Positions 1-11,574 of a stretch of 64,000 nt of DNA are shown in pieces. The position numbers and the translations under genes are program-made. The notes below the pieces were generated by a model that saw only the letters and a program-made list of their open reading frames with translations, searched no databases and was not told the origin of the DNA. Each line of letters opens with the position of its first letter. Position 1 is the stretch's first letter. The stretch is from Mobula hypostoma (Eukaryota): contig NW_026948136.1 in NCBI RefSeq assembly GCF_963921235.1, positions 558,001 to 622,000 of the forward strand. Reading direction: 5' to 3'.

Positions 1-410
1 CCAGGCAAGGGTGGACACACACCAGGTTCCCGCCGATCGTGCCTTTCCACCCTGTGCGTTTATGGCTTGATCCCGCGACCAGCCGGCCAAAAGCTTCCCA
101 CCGACTTGTGAGAGGCGCACCGCTTCCAGGGTCTCGTTACCTCGGGTGTCGTGTGTGTCCTTGCCTTAGCGAACCTGTCCCTTTTTATCCCCTTGCTGGG
201 GTATCGCCTGTCCATCACTTCAAACAGTTCAGGGTTCAAAGGGGGAGCCGATCTTGACAGCTCTCCTTCTCTTCATTAACATCTCCAAATGCTGCGCCGT
301 TGTTTTCCTTATCTCTCTCTCTCCTGACGACAGGTGGCAGACCAACTGCTGATCCCACTGGTGCCATCCCAAGACAGCTAACATCTTTATCGATGTGTAT
401 TCTTGTCACA
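1..410 (-). mobile_element. LTR (5' part, truncated by window edge), same family as 19453-20317
   Basis: Reverse complement begins TGTGACAAGAATACACAT at 410 and aligns over ~400 bp to the solo LTR starting TGTGACGAGAATACACAT at 19453. Confidence 0.85.
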
Positions 411-440
411 ATAAGAAAACTTATATACTGTAAATGGACT

Positions 441-443
<3 letters not shown>

Positions 444-484
<41 letters not shown>
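444..484. repeat. (TG)n microsatellite
   Basis: Pure TG run. Confidence 0.97.
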
Positions 485-485
<1 letters not shown>

Positions 486-489
486 GACG

Positions 490-880
490 TTAGGTACAGG
501 AGTGTCTGTACATAAGGTGACCGTCAGGAAATTGTAAAATGGTGGTGGTTTTGAGCGTGGAGGGTCGGGTTAGAGGGTGGAGACACATTGGAATGACTAT
601 AACTAATAAATAAGTTCTTCTTGCCTCTTTATCCCGTATTAGTCTATCTGAACAGTTAATATGGATTGTCTGATCTGCAATAATGGATTGGTCAAAATAT
701 AATCTGTGGAATTCTGACTCTAAAACTGGATCAGGATTGTATTTATAGCAAAGCACGATTTCTTTTATGAGTTTGTATTTTAAAGCAAGATTTTAATGAA
801 CGACGATTGCCACTTGATTATGCTTGTGTAAGTAATCAGATTGAGTTAAACTGCTATAGGATCCTGTAATATGTTGATCA
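490..880 (-). pseudogene. Unidentified decayed ORF fragment, possibly the same origin as 1940-3200
   Basis: 88-codon open frame (490-756) in AT-rich, G-poor sequence that I cannot assign to the surrounding LINE families. Confidence 0.25.
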
Positions 881-959
881 GCCTTACTGCTTGGGGAAAT
901 AAGTGTTTTTATCGTGTGGTCGTCCTAGCATGGATGCTACATAGCAGGAGGAGTTCCGT

Positions 960-1590
960 GATACTCCATGATGGGGGTGGGACAGAAAGCCCCTGAGCAG
1001 GATAGGTGGATCCTTCGTGATGCTACTGGCCCTTTTGTGGCTCCTTTTTGTAAACATGCCTTTGAAGGCGGGTAGGCTGGTGCTGGTGAAGCTTTGGGGA
1101 GATTTGACTGCCGGTTGTAGAGCCTTCCTGACCATTCCAGTGCAGCGTCCGTAGCAAACAGTGATGCAGCTTGTTAGGATGCTCTCCACTGCGCAGCTGC
1201 AGAATGACTCGAGTATGGATGTGCCTTGCCCAGCTCTCTTTAGCCTCCTCAGAAACTGGAGGCGTTGGTGAGCTTTGCTCGTGTTCTGGGACCATGAGAG
1301 GTCGCGCGAGATGTGCACTCCCAGGAGTTTGAAACTACGCGCAGTTTCCACTACTGTGCCTCCGATGTAAATGGGGGTTTGTGTGCTACGGGTTCTCCTG
1401 AACTCGATAACCATCTCGCTTGTCTTGTTGACATTGAAGGAGGAATTTGACTGACACCAGGCCTCGAGCTCTCCCAACTCCGCTCTGTAAGCCGTCTCAT
1501 AGCTCTTGGTGATGAACCCCACCACTGTCGTGTCATTGGGGAACGTGACATTCACGGTTACTCGGGTGTTTGGCCGTCAGTCATGTGTGA
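960..1590 (-). mobile_element. Rex1/Babar LINE, 3' RT fragment (decayed)
   Basis: ORF 884..1555 has FPNDTTVVG (degenerate FADDTTVVG), NVNKTSEMVIEFRR, FKLLGVHIS, QRLQFLRRLK, VESILTSCITV. Confidence 0.88.
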
Positions 1591-1624
1591 CAGATTCACA
1601 GGAGTGTTCTATGTTCCATTCACC

Positions 1625-1900
1625 ACAGGGGAAAGAGAAGCTGTTGCCGTTGGTGGAAGGGAGGAGGACCACGGGGCTTGCGTGTAGACTGGCTGGCCAT
1701 GGGTGGTGCGGGGAGAGACCATTTCATGCAGCGAATGGTCTCGGTCTGGAACTCACTACTCCAAACGGAGGTGGAATTCTCAAAAGCTTTAACAGATTCA
1801 CGAGATTGGAGAACTACACGGAAAAGAGTGAGAACGGGACTGACTGGACTGTTGACGCAGAGTGGGCATTGAATGACCTGCACCAGTGCAGCAATGATGC
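1625..1900 (+). mobile_element. CR1 LINE 3'-end fragment (old)
   Basis: EKLLPLVEGRRTTG and HFMQRMVSVWNSL resemble the CR1 ORF2 C-terminus (LFP..TRGH..FFTQRVV..WNSLP). Confidence 0.65.
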
Positions 1901-1939
1901 AGTGATTCGCCTCCTCTCCCCACCCACAGCCTCTTTCTT

Positions 1940-3200
1940 CATTCAGTGGCATCAAGGCTGGTCTTTGACCTAATTCCAAATGCCCATCATGCTGAGTCCC
2001 TCAGTTAACAAATATTCATCCATTCAACGTCTATTTTATCTTTACTATTCACAAAATATTAAATCCCACTATAGAAAATGGTCGAAGACTTCTACTACGC
2101 AGAAAGGTTTTATCACCCTACTGCTGAAAGACCCTGCTTTCTGGTTCTGTTCTACTACCCCACCCCTACTAACACCACCACTACCAAGCCTTCTAACACT
2201 ACTACCACCCCATCTAACACCACCACTACAACCCCTCCACCATCACTATCACCCCTCCTAAAACCACTACTACCACCTCACCTACCATCTCCACTACCTT
2301 AACCTCTACCAACTCCACTCCCACCACTATAATATCGAGTGTTTTTTGTGAGTATTTCCCAACGTGGATAATATTGACTGATAGGTAATGTGTAATCAAA
2401 ACCTATTCTTTAATGAGGGATGGTTTGAAGAATAAAAAACAGAGAAGGCAACATGCGTATTCAGTCTAGGAAACTCATCCTAACTCTCCCCATTTCTGGG
2501 ACGTTCCGCTTCTCCCAGTTCTGCACACCAACAACATAACTATGTTGACCCCAGGCAACGACTTAAAGCATGAATTCTCTATTCTCTTTGTACCAGTACT
2601 CACTCAGGCCACTTTTCCAATTTATAACAGCGAAATAGGAGAAATCCCGTGGCTAGGTGATCGACCCTTCTTCTTCCAGTCCCTGGCACGGGGGTCTTCT
2701 TTGAGATGCTGAATCTACGAAGTTATCACTAACTTGTACATGAAACCTCTGTTTTTATATTATAGGCTATGGGTAATCTGACTGGCCTTTAACACTGGTC
2801 TAAGCCAGATCCATTTATTGCCTTTCTACAGCAAAGAACAACTGGTAATTTATGGTTCTTTGTTTTAAATCAGTTACCAAACCAGCAACTAGCTCGAATC
2901 ATTCAGGGCAAACGAAAACCCTACCATTCACAAACCTGACCATTATATCTAACCAAAGAAATAACTTCTTATTTGAAAAAAATCTCTAGTCCATCAGATT
3001 ACCTGGGACATCACTGTGTCTACTTTTAAACAGGGAAAGCCAAACAACTCCAGTTCACAAAATGGAGCATGCAGAGCAGTTTCACAAAATGGCAGCCTCC
3101 ATTCCTTCAACCTTCAACAAAGACAATTGGTTTGTCTGCTTCCACTGTCCTCGAACCACTGGAGTTTGAAATTTTCTTCCATATTTTAATTCCTCCATGG
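1940..3200 (+). pseudogene. Decayed glycoprotein-like ORF with Thr-rich mucin-like tract; candidate endogenous viral env relic
   Basis: About 400 codons readable with a few frameshifts and stops; TTTTKPSNTTTTPSNTTTTTP tract, several N-x-T sequons, basic KKQRR cluster. Confidence 0.4.
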
Positions 3201-3830
3201 CCAACGCCCCCCCCCACTAATCCCGTGACTCTGCGACGACCCTACCCGACCTACATCCGTGTCTCACGGACACCAGGCTCACTTCCTCACCACTGTCTCT
3301 GGAACGTCCCCATCTCTTTATCCTCCCCTACCCTTATCTGGAAGGCAAACTTCCCCTATTCCTCTCACGTTGGAATGCTCCTTCATGCTTGTCCCTCCAG
3401 CCGGTCTCCTGAACAACACCTGCTCCTTCCACACTCCCGTGTCTGGGACCACCACTTTCGCCCCGACTTGGCAAGCCACCCCGTCTCTGAGACGCCCTCC
3501 CTCACCCCAGAAACGTCTCCCCAAATCTTCACGCCCTCCCTCCGCGTCTCTGTGAAGCTTCCTTCCCGCCCTTGCCCTCCACCCCCCCCCCACTACCTGA
3601 GGCACTGCATCCACCTCCTGCTTTGGGATTCCCTCTCCTCTTCATTCGGGCTCCTCCCTCCCTTTCGTATGTGGAACACTCCTTCTCCCCCACCCCACCC
3701 ATTCTCCGTCTTTGGGACGCCCCCACCCTTCACCCTTCATCTCTTTCGTCTCTAGGACTCCGCTTCGTAACAACACCACCCCCCACAGACACAAACACAC
3801 ACACACAAACTCTCTCTCTCTCTCTCTCTG
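3200..3830 (-). repeat. C-rich (G-rich on minus) degenerate repeat tract followed by (CA)n/(CT)n
   Basis: Strong pyrimidine skew; recurring RTCTCTG(G/A)GAC-like motifs. Confidence 0.75.
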
Positions 3831-4065
3831 TCACGGGACTCCCACACCTCGCCCCCTCCCCCGTTAGTACAATACCCCCAGGTTCCTCTTCTTCACGCGC
3901 TACCCGACACTCGTCGCTGGATGCCTACTTCCCACTGCCCCCGGTCTCTAGACGCCAACATCGCGCTGTACACTCTGTTTCTGCGATGGTATTGTTTTTT
4001 TTTTCCTTGCTCCTCAAATAGCCATCTGTGGGTCGTATCCGGGCTAATTTTATTGCTCGAGATCA

Positions 4066-4455
4066 TCATCATCATCATCATCGTCATAATCAACATCATC
4101 ATCATCATCATCATCAGGTGCCGTGCCCAGTTTGAGCTTTGACTGCCATGGCCCACACACTCCTGTTTCAGGTCAAGTGGATCAATTCATTGGTATTCAT
4201 TTCCAGTTCTCTGGCTGCTGTCTCCATCATCATTTGTCTTTGTCTTCCTCTTGCTTTCTTCCCTTCAATCTTTCCCATAATTACCAAAAATTCTAACTCC
4301 TCTTTCCTAATCACATGTCCAATGAAGTTACGTTGCCTTTTCATGATCTCATACATTATTTCTCTTCTTGTGCTTGCTCTGTTCATGACATCCTCATTAG
4401 ATGTTCATTTCATCCATGATATTCTTTGCATCCTCCTCAAAAACCACATCTCTGC
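4066..4455 (-). mobile_element. 5'-truncated RTE-clade LINE with (GAT)n tail and 12-bp TSD
   Basis: FIGHVIRKEELEFLVIMGKIEGKKARGRQR C-terminus; TGCTCGAGATCA repeated at 4054-4065 and 4456-4467. Confidence 0.92.
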
Positions 4456-4899
4456 TGCTCGAGATCACCAGTCTTGTTTGCCTCCGGTTTCGTCCTCAGC
4501 AGACTATGAATCTTCTGTTTCATCCACAGCGTTTGGTTTGGATATGCCTGCTATGTTCTCAAAGACACAGGCTCTTCCACACTGGTCTTGCTGATGTCGG
4601 TGAGAACTGTGGCTCACTCATTCACAGTCGAATCCCTGAATCTTGACCAGTCCACCGACTAAAAGCTGTCCTATAAGCGCTTCTCCGCCTCCCTTGACTA
4701 TACCTTCCTAGTTCTCACCATTGGCGCTGCGGTCGTTAGTCTCTGCGTGGACGCCGGGAGTAGAAATGCAGGCGGGTGATCCAGATGTGCGGGTGTGGGA
4801 TGGAAGGATAAGCGTCCTGGATGGAGGTAAAGTGTGTTGGCTCCTCTGCTTCCAGAGGTAACGTGTTGTTGGTAGTAGGTCAGAGACTTCCTCAGGCTG

Positions 4900-5100
4900 T
4901 CGTTGTTATTCCTCTCCGCGCCTCGTGGCGCATCGGGCGGAAACTCTGCCGTTTCTTCGGCATTTTACGAGGCCGAGTTTCTAGCTCGACGCTCAATCCA
5001 GCACGGTTGAAAAGCGTACAAGAAGCCGGCCGGATTCGAACCCGCCACCACTCGCTTCGAAGTCGGGTGTTTTGTCGCCACTTCACCATCGGCCGGCTAA
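4900..5100 (-). mobile_element. tRNA-derived SINE with 10-bp TSD
   Basis: Minus strand: GCCGGCC acceptor-like stem, A box TGGTGAAGTGG, CT-TCG-AA loop, B box GGTTCGAATCC, AAC-type tail; CCTCAGGCTG at 4890-4899 and 5101-5110. Confidence 0.9.
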
Positions 5101-5274
5101 CCTCAGGCTGGCCTTGATGAAACTCCCCGCGACGATTGGAAAGGCATCAGCGTGCGCCCTGTCGTGGTACTCAGCTCGTCCAGAGCAAGCTTGACGACGG
5201 CCAGAGGTGGGATGTGCACCGCTACAAGATGACGGCGGAAAGCACCCCCTACCCCCACCCCACGGCAGATAAAA

Positions 5275-7210
5275 TAGGATAGGATCAGAATTAGGCCATT
5301 TAGCCCATCGAGTTATCCCGCCATTGCATCGTGGCTGTGTTAACTCCAATCTCCTGCCTTCTCCCGTAATCTTTGATGCCCTGACTGATGGAGAGCCTAT
5401 CGCCTCCGCTTTAAACACATCCAATGAGTTGGCCTCCACAGCCGTCCGCGGCACAGATTCAGCACCCTCTGGCGAAACAGTTTCATCTTAATCTCTGTTG
5501 TAAATGGTCGTCCTTCTATTCCGAGGCTGTGCTCTCTGGTCCTAGACATGCCCTCCGACCTCCAGTATAGGAAACATCCTCTCCACATCCACTCTATCTT
5601 GGCTTTCAATATTCGATAGGACAGCCCCCACTCCCTCAAACACCTTATTCTTCTTCTAAACCCCAGCGAGTACAGGCCCAGACCACCAAACGCCACTTAT
5701 ACAGTACGTTAACCTTTTCATTCCCGGAATAATTCTGGAGAACCTCCTCTGGACCTCCTCCAATGCCACCACATATATTCTTAGAAAAGCAGTCGAAACT
5801 GCTCGCAATACTCCAAGTCCCTTTGTACTTCTCATTGTCGATTGTTCTCCACATTTAGAAAACAAGTCTACGCCTTTTATCTTTCCACCAAAGCACACGA
5901 CCATACACTCCCCGACACTATATTTCCTCTGCCACTTCTTTGCCCATTCCCGTCACCTATCCACGTCCTTCTGCAGAAACCCTGTTTCATCAACACCACC
6001 TATCTTCGTATCATAGGCAAACCTGACCAGAAGAGCATAAATTCTGTCATCTGAATCATCAACAGAAACGCGAGGAGAATCGCTACCAACACCGATCCGT
6101 ATGGAGCACAGCTAGAAAAGACCCCCTTTATACCTACTCTTTGTCTGCTGCCTGTCAGCTGGACTTCCATCCAAGCTATTATTTCTCCTGGTCGGAAAAT
6201 TCAAGTAAAGAATATCCACTGACTCTCTTTTGTCTATCCTTCCCGTCATTTCTTCAAAGAATTCCAACAGAGTCTTCAGGCAGGATTTCACCTTAACGAA
6301 AAGATGCTGACTTTGACCTGTTTTATCATGTGTCTCTAAGTACTGGCAACCTAGTAAGGGACTCCAACATCTTCACAACCTTTTAAAAGAATGCATGGGC
6401 ATCTCACTGAAATCTACCGAATGTTGAAAGGTCTAGATAAGGTGGATATCGAGAGGACGTTTCCTATGGTGGAGGTATCCAGAACTAAGGACACAGCCTC
6501 AAAATTGGGGGGCGACCTTTTAGAACAGAGGTAAAGAGGATTTCTTTTAGCCAGAGTGGAATACTCTACCATCGACTGTGGCGGAGGCCAAATCCGAGGG
6601 TATATTTAAAGCGGAAGTTGATAGTTTCTTGATTGGTCAGGACATCAAAGGATATGGCGAGAAGGCAGGTGTATGGGTTGAGTGGGATCTGGAATCAGCC
6701 ATGATGGAATGGCGGAGCAGCTTCGATGGGCTGAATAGACTGATTCTGCTCCCATGTCTTATGGTCCTAACCACTGATATCAGGTTAACTGGCCTATAAT
6801 TTAACTTTTCTCTGCCTCCATCCATTCTTAAAGGGTGGAGTCACATTTTCAATTATCCAGTCCTCTGGAACCAATCCAGAATCTAGTGATTCTTGAAACA
6901 TCACCAATAATGCCTCCACAATCCCTTCAGCTACCTCAGAGCTGGTCCAGGTGACTTTTCTACCATCTGAACGTTCAGCTTCCCAAGTAGCTTCTTCCTA
7001 ATAATAGCAACAACACTCACACTCTCTCAAATTTTTGGCATATTGCTAGTCTCTTGCACAGTGAAGACTGATGTACCGCACATCCTGGGCACTGTTTGGA
7101 GGCCTGTAGAAAACACCCATCAGGATCTGTTTATCCTTGCCGTTTCTAATCTCTACCCACAAGGATTCTATATATTCCAATACTATGTTCCCTCTTACCC
7201 TCTTACTAAG
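5275..7210 (-). mobile_element. Decayed CR1 LINE, interrupted by a plus-strand CR1 3' end (~6395-6770)
   Basis: CR1 tail motifs (ANSLDVFKAE, SRTREHSL, NYRPVNLISVV); the plus-strand piece reads GIFKAEVDSFLIGQDIKGYGEKAG and ends TCTTATGGTC. Confidence 0.8.
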
Positions 7211-7214
7211 GATT

Positions 7215-10200
7215 TAGAAACATAGAAAACATACAGTAAAATACAGGCCCTTCGGCCCACAAAACTGTGCCGAACATGTCCTTAGCTTAGAAATTACCTA
7301 GGGTTAACCATAACCTTCTATTTTTCTGAGCTCCATGTACCTGCCCAGGAGTCTTTTAAAAGACCCTATTGTATCCGCCTCCACTACCGTCGCTGGCAGC
7401 CCATTCCACGCACTCACCACTCCTTGTGTAAAAAACTTACCCCTGACATCTTCTCTGTACCTACTTCCAAGCACCTTAAAACCGTGCTATTCCAACCCTG
7501 GGAAAAAGCCTCTGACTACCCACACGATCAATGCCTCTCGTCATCTTATACATCTCTATCAGGTCACCTCTCATCCTCCGTCGCTCCAAGGAGAAAAGGT
7601 CGAGTTCACTCAACCTATTCTCATGGCATGCTCCTCAATCCAGGCAACATCCTTGTAAATCTCCTCTGCACCCTTTCTCTGGTTTCCACATCCTTCCTAT
7701 AGTGTGGGGACCAGAACTGTACTCCAAGTGGGGTCTGACCAGGGTCCTATATAGCTGTAACATTAACTCTCGGCTCCTACTAAGCCAAGAGTTAATTTTA
7801 CAGCTATATAGGACCCTGGTCAGATCCTCCTAAACCCTATCCCACTATTGATAAAGGCTGATGCACTGTATGCATTGTTAACCACAGAATCAAACTCCAT
7901 AGCAGCTTTGAGTGTCCTATGGACTTGGACCCCAAGATCCCTCTGATCCTCCATGCTGCTAAGAGTCTTTCCATTAATACTATATTCTGCCATCATACTT
8001 GACCTACCAAAATGAACAACTTCACACTTATCTGGGTTGAACTCCATCTGCCACTTCTCAGCCCAGTTTTGCATCCTATCAATATCCCACTGTAACCTCT
8101 GACAGCCCTCCACACTATCCACAACACCTCCAACCTTTGTGTCATCAGCAAATTTACTAACTCAACCATCCACTTCTTCATTCTGTCATAAGGGGGGCTT
8201 TGAAGGCGGACCCAAATGCAAGACACAAACACTGAAGTACTAGGAACAGGACTAGGACTAGAGTTAGGGACGTGACTGGATGCAGACTAGGATCTGGGAC
8301 AAGAACACAGACTTGGGCTAGAGCTTTGGCTGGGAAAGCAGGACCTGGACGAGGAACTAGAAACTTGGAACCTGGACGAGGACTCCGAGCCAGAGACTGG
8401 GACAGGGACCCGGAACCTAGGTCTTAACTCGGGCTTGGACCCCTGATCTAGGCGAGGACAAGACGTGGCTACAGGACGAGGAGTGGCAACAGGACTGGAC
8501 GTGAGACTCCTGGACAGGACGAGGGAGCTCCAGCATCGGGCTGGGCGAGGCACATGGACAGGACGAGAACAGGAACGCAGAGCCTTGGTCAAGGGAAAGC
8601 AGGAACGCAGAGCCTTGGTCGAGGGAGAACAGGAACGCAGAGCCTTGGTCGAGGGAGAACAGGAACGCAGAACAGAGAGCCTTGGTCTTGAGAGACAGGA
8701 ACATCGAACACAGAGCCGGGACCCCTCCTTGGGAACAGGACGTAGGGCCGGGACTCATTCACAGAATGCTGAACACGACGAGGTGGTTCACAACACTAGG
8801 TAGCAGCAAACGGCCGGACCTACCTAGCGAAGGCGTGGAGATAGAGACAGTTCCAAACTCAAGGTAGCGGCAAACGGCCGGACCTACCTAGCGAAGGTGA
8901 GGACACAAAGAGACAGTTCCAAACAGCGCAAGACAGTTGCTTATCTAGATGCAGCGAGGCCCCGATATTGCCCTGGTGATTGAACCTGACAGCCTTACAG
9001 GCAAGGCTTCAGGTGAAGGTAGCAGGCGAGGCTTCAGGAGAAGGATTCAGGCAAGGCTTCAGGCAAGGTTTCAGAAGGAAGGGGAAGGGAAGGGAAGGGA
9101 ACAGTCCAGTAAATGAAGCTGAACCCAGGAGCTATTTATGTAGCCGGCCCAAAACGAGAATCATGTGCCTCAATTAGAGCACCCAACAGAACAAGGGAAA
9201 ACCGAAAAACCTGGAATAAGGAACGGTGGACCGGTCCATGAATGTGGACTTCTCTGACAGGACCATGACACATTCAGGTCATTTATAAAAATCACGAAGA
9301 GCAGCGGTCCCAGAACAGATCCCTGAGGCACACTACTGGTGAACGAACTCCATGCCGAATATAACCCGTCTACAACAACTCTTTGCTTTCTGTGGGCAAG
9401 CCAGTTCTGGATCCACAAAGCAATGTCCCCTTGGATCCCATGCCTCCTTACTTTCTCTATAAGCCTTGCAGGGCATACCTTATCAAATGCCTTGCTGAAA
9501 TCCATATACACTACATCTACTGCGCTAACTTCATCAATGTGTTTAGTCACATTATCAAAAAATTCAATCTGGCTCGTAAGGCACGACCTGCCTTTGACAA
9601 AGCCATGCTGACTATTCCTAATCATATTATGCCTCTCCAAATGTTCATAAATCCTGATTCTCAGGATCTTCTCCATCAACTTACCAACCACTGAAGTAAG
9701 ACTCACTGGTCTATAATTTCCTGGGCTATCTCTACTCCCTTTCTTGAATAATGGAACAACATCCGCAACCCTCCAATCCTCCGGAACCTCTCCTGTCCCC
9801 ATTGATGATGCAAAGATCATTGCCAGAGGCTCAGCAATCTCCTCCCTCACCTCCCACAGTAGCCTGAGGTACATCCCGTCTGGTCCCAGAGACTTATCCA
9901 GCTTCATGCTTTCCAAAAGCTCCAGCACATCCTCTTTCTTAAATATCTACATGCTCAAGCTTTTCAGTCCACTGCATATCATCCCTACAATCGCCAAGAT
10001 CCTTTTCCGTAGTGAATACTGCAGAAAAGCACTCATTAAGAACCTCTTCTATCTTCTCCGGTTCCATACACACTTTTCCACTGTCACACTTGATTGGTTC
10101 TATTCTCTCACATCTTATCCTCTTGCTCTTCACATACTTGTAGAATGCCTTGGAATTATCTTTAATCCTGTCCGCCAAGGCCTTCTCATGGCCTCCTCTG

Positions 10201-11550
10201 GCTCTCCTAATTTCTTACTTAAGCTCCTTTCTGCTAGCCTTATAATCTTCTAGATCTCTATCATTACCTTTTTTTTGAACCTGTCGTAAGCTCTTCTTTT
10301 CTTCTTGACTAGATTTACAATAGCCTTTGTACAGCACAGTTCCTGTACCCTACCATCGTTTCCCTGTCTCATTGGAACGTACCTATGCAGAACTCCATGC
10401 AAATATCCCCTCAACATTTGCCACATTTCTGCCGTACGTTTCCTTGAGAGCATCTGTTCCCAGTTTATGCTTCCAAGTTCTTGCCTGATGGCCTCATATT
10501 TCCCCTTACTCCAATTAAATGCTTTCCTAACTTGTCTGTTCCTATCCTTCTCCAATGCTGTGGTAAAGGAGAAAGAATTGTTATCACTATCTCAAAAATG
10601 CTCTCCCACTGAGAGATCTGATACTTGACCAGGTTCATTTCTCAATACCAGATCAAGTACAGCCTCTCCTCTTGTAGGCTTATCTACATATTGTGTCAGG
10701 AAACCTTCTTGAACACACCTAACAAACTCCACCCCAACTAAACCCCTTGCTCTGGGGACATGCCAATCGAAATTTGGGAAATTAAAATCTGCCACCACCA
10801 TAACCCTGTTATTATTACACCTTTCCAAAATCCGTCTCCCTATCTGCTCCTTGACGTCCCTGTTACTAGTGGGTGGTCTATAAAAGCACCCAGTGGAGTT
10901 ATTGACCCCTTCCTGTTTCCAACCTCCACCCACAGAGACTCCGTAGACAATCCCTCCATGTCTTCCTCCTTTTCTGCAGCCGTGACACTATCTCTGATCA
11001 ACAGTGCCACGCCACCACCTCTTTTGCCTCCCTCCCTGCCCTTTCTGAAACATCTAAAGCCTGGCACTCGAAGTAACCATTCCTGCCCCTGAGCCATCCA
11101 AGTCTCTGTAATGGCCAAAAACAGCATAGCGTCAAGTACTGATCCACGCTCTAAGCTCATTCGCTTTGTTCATAATAATCCTTCCATTAAAATAGACACA
11201 TCTCAAACCATCGATCTGAGTACGTCCCTTATCTATCACCTGCCTTTCCTCCCTCTTGCATTGTCTCCAAGCTTTCTCTATTTGTGAGCCAACCACCTCT
11301 TCTTCCGTCTTTTCAGTTTGGTTCCCACCCCCCAGCAATCCTAGATTAAACTCTCCCCAATAGCCTTAGCAAACCTCCCCGCCAGGATATTGGTCCCCCT
11401 GGATTCAAGTGCAACCCGTTCTTTTTGTACGGGTCACTCGTGCCCCAAGAGAGGTCCCAATGATCCTGAAATATGAATCCTTGTCCCCTGCTCCAATCCC
11501 TCAGCCACACATTTATCCTCCATCTCACTCTATTCCTATACTCACTGTTA
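7215..11550 (-). mobile_element. Long CR1 LINE (ORF1 esterase fragment, APE, RT; disrupted)
   Basis: (TTTCTATG) tail at 7215; RT NYRPVSLTSVVGK, YMDFSKAFDKV, PQGSVLGPLLF; APE AITETW, DFNFP, LDLVL; SGNH-like ORF1 YKKNGLHLNP. Confidence 0.95.
8184..9270 (-). mobile_element. Solo LTR (Gypsy-like) with 5-bp TSD CATTC and internal 30-bp tandem repeats
   Basis: TGTCAT...ATGACA termini; CATTC at 8179-8183 and 9271-9275; removing it rejoins the CR1 RT sequence. Confidence 0.93.
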
Positions 11551-11574
11551 CTGTCATTTGATCTCAGTTGTTAC

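Noticed and set aside
1506-1973. 155-aa ORF shared with 33151..33522 as a novel protein
   Set aside because: No ATG start, half is antisense Rex1, and the two copies frameshift relative to each other; the conservation is at DNA level.
4487-4499. CTGAGGACGAAAC hammerhead-like string on the minus strand
   Set aside because: No upstream CTGANGA core and no matching stems I/III.
5024-5097. tRNA-Arg(TCG)-like gene on the minus strand
   Set aside because: Stems are imperfect and it is fused to a SINE body and tail flanked by a 10-bp TSD.
5113-5200. C/D box snoRNA (TGATGA near 5115)
   Set aside because: No suitably placed CTGA D box with a terminal stem.
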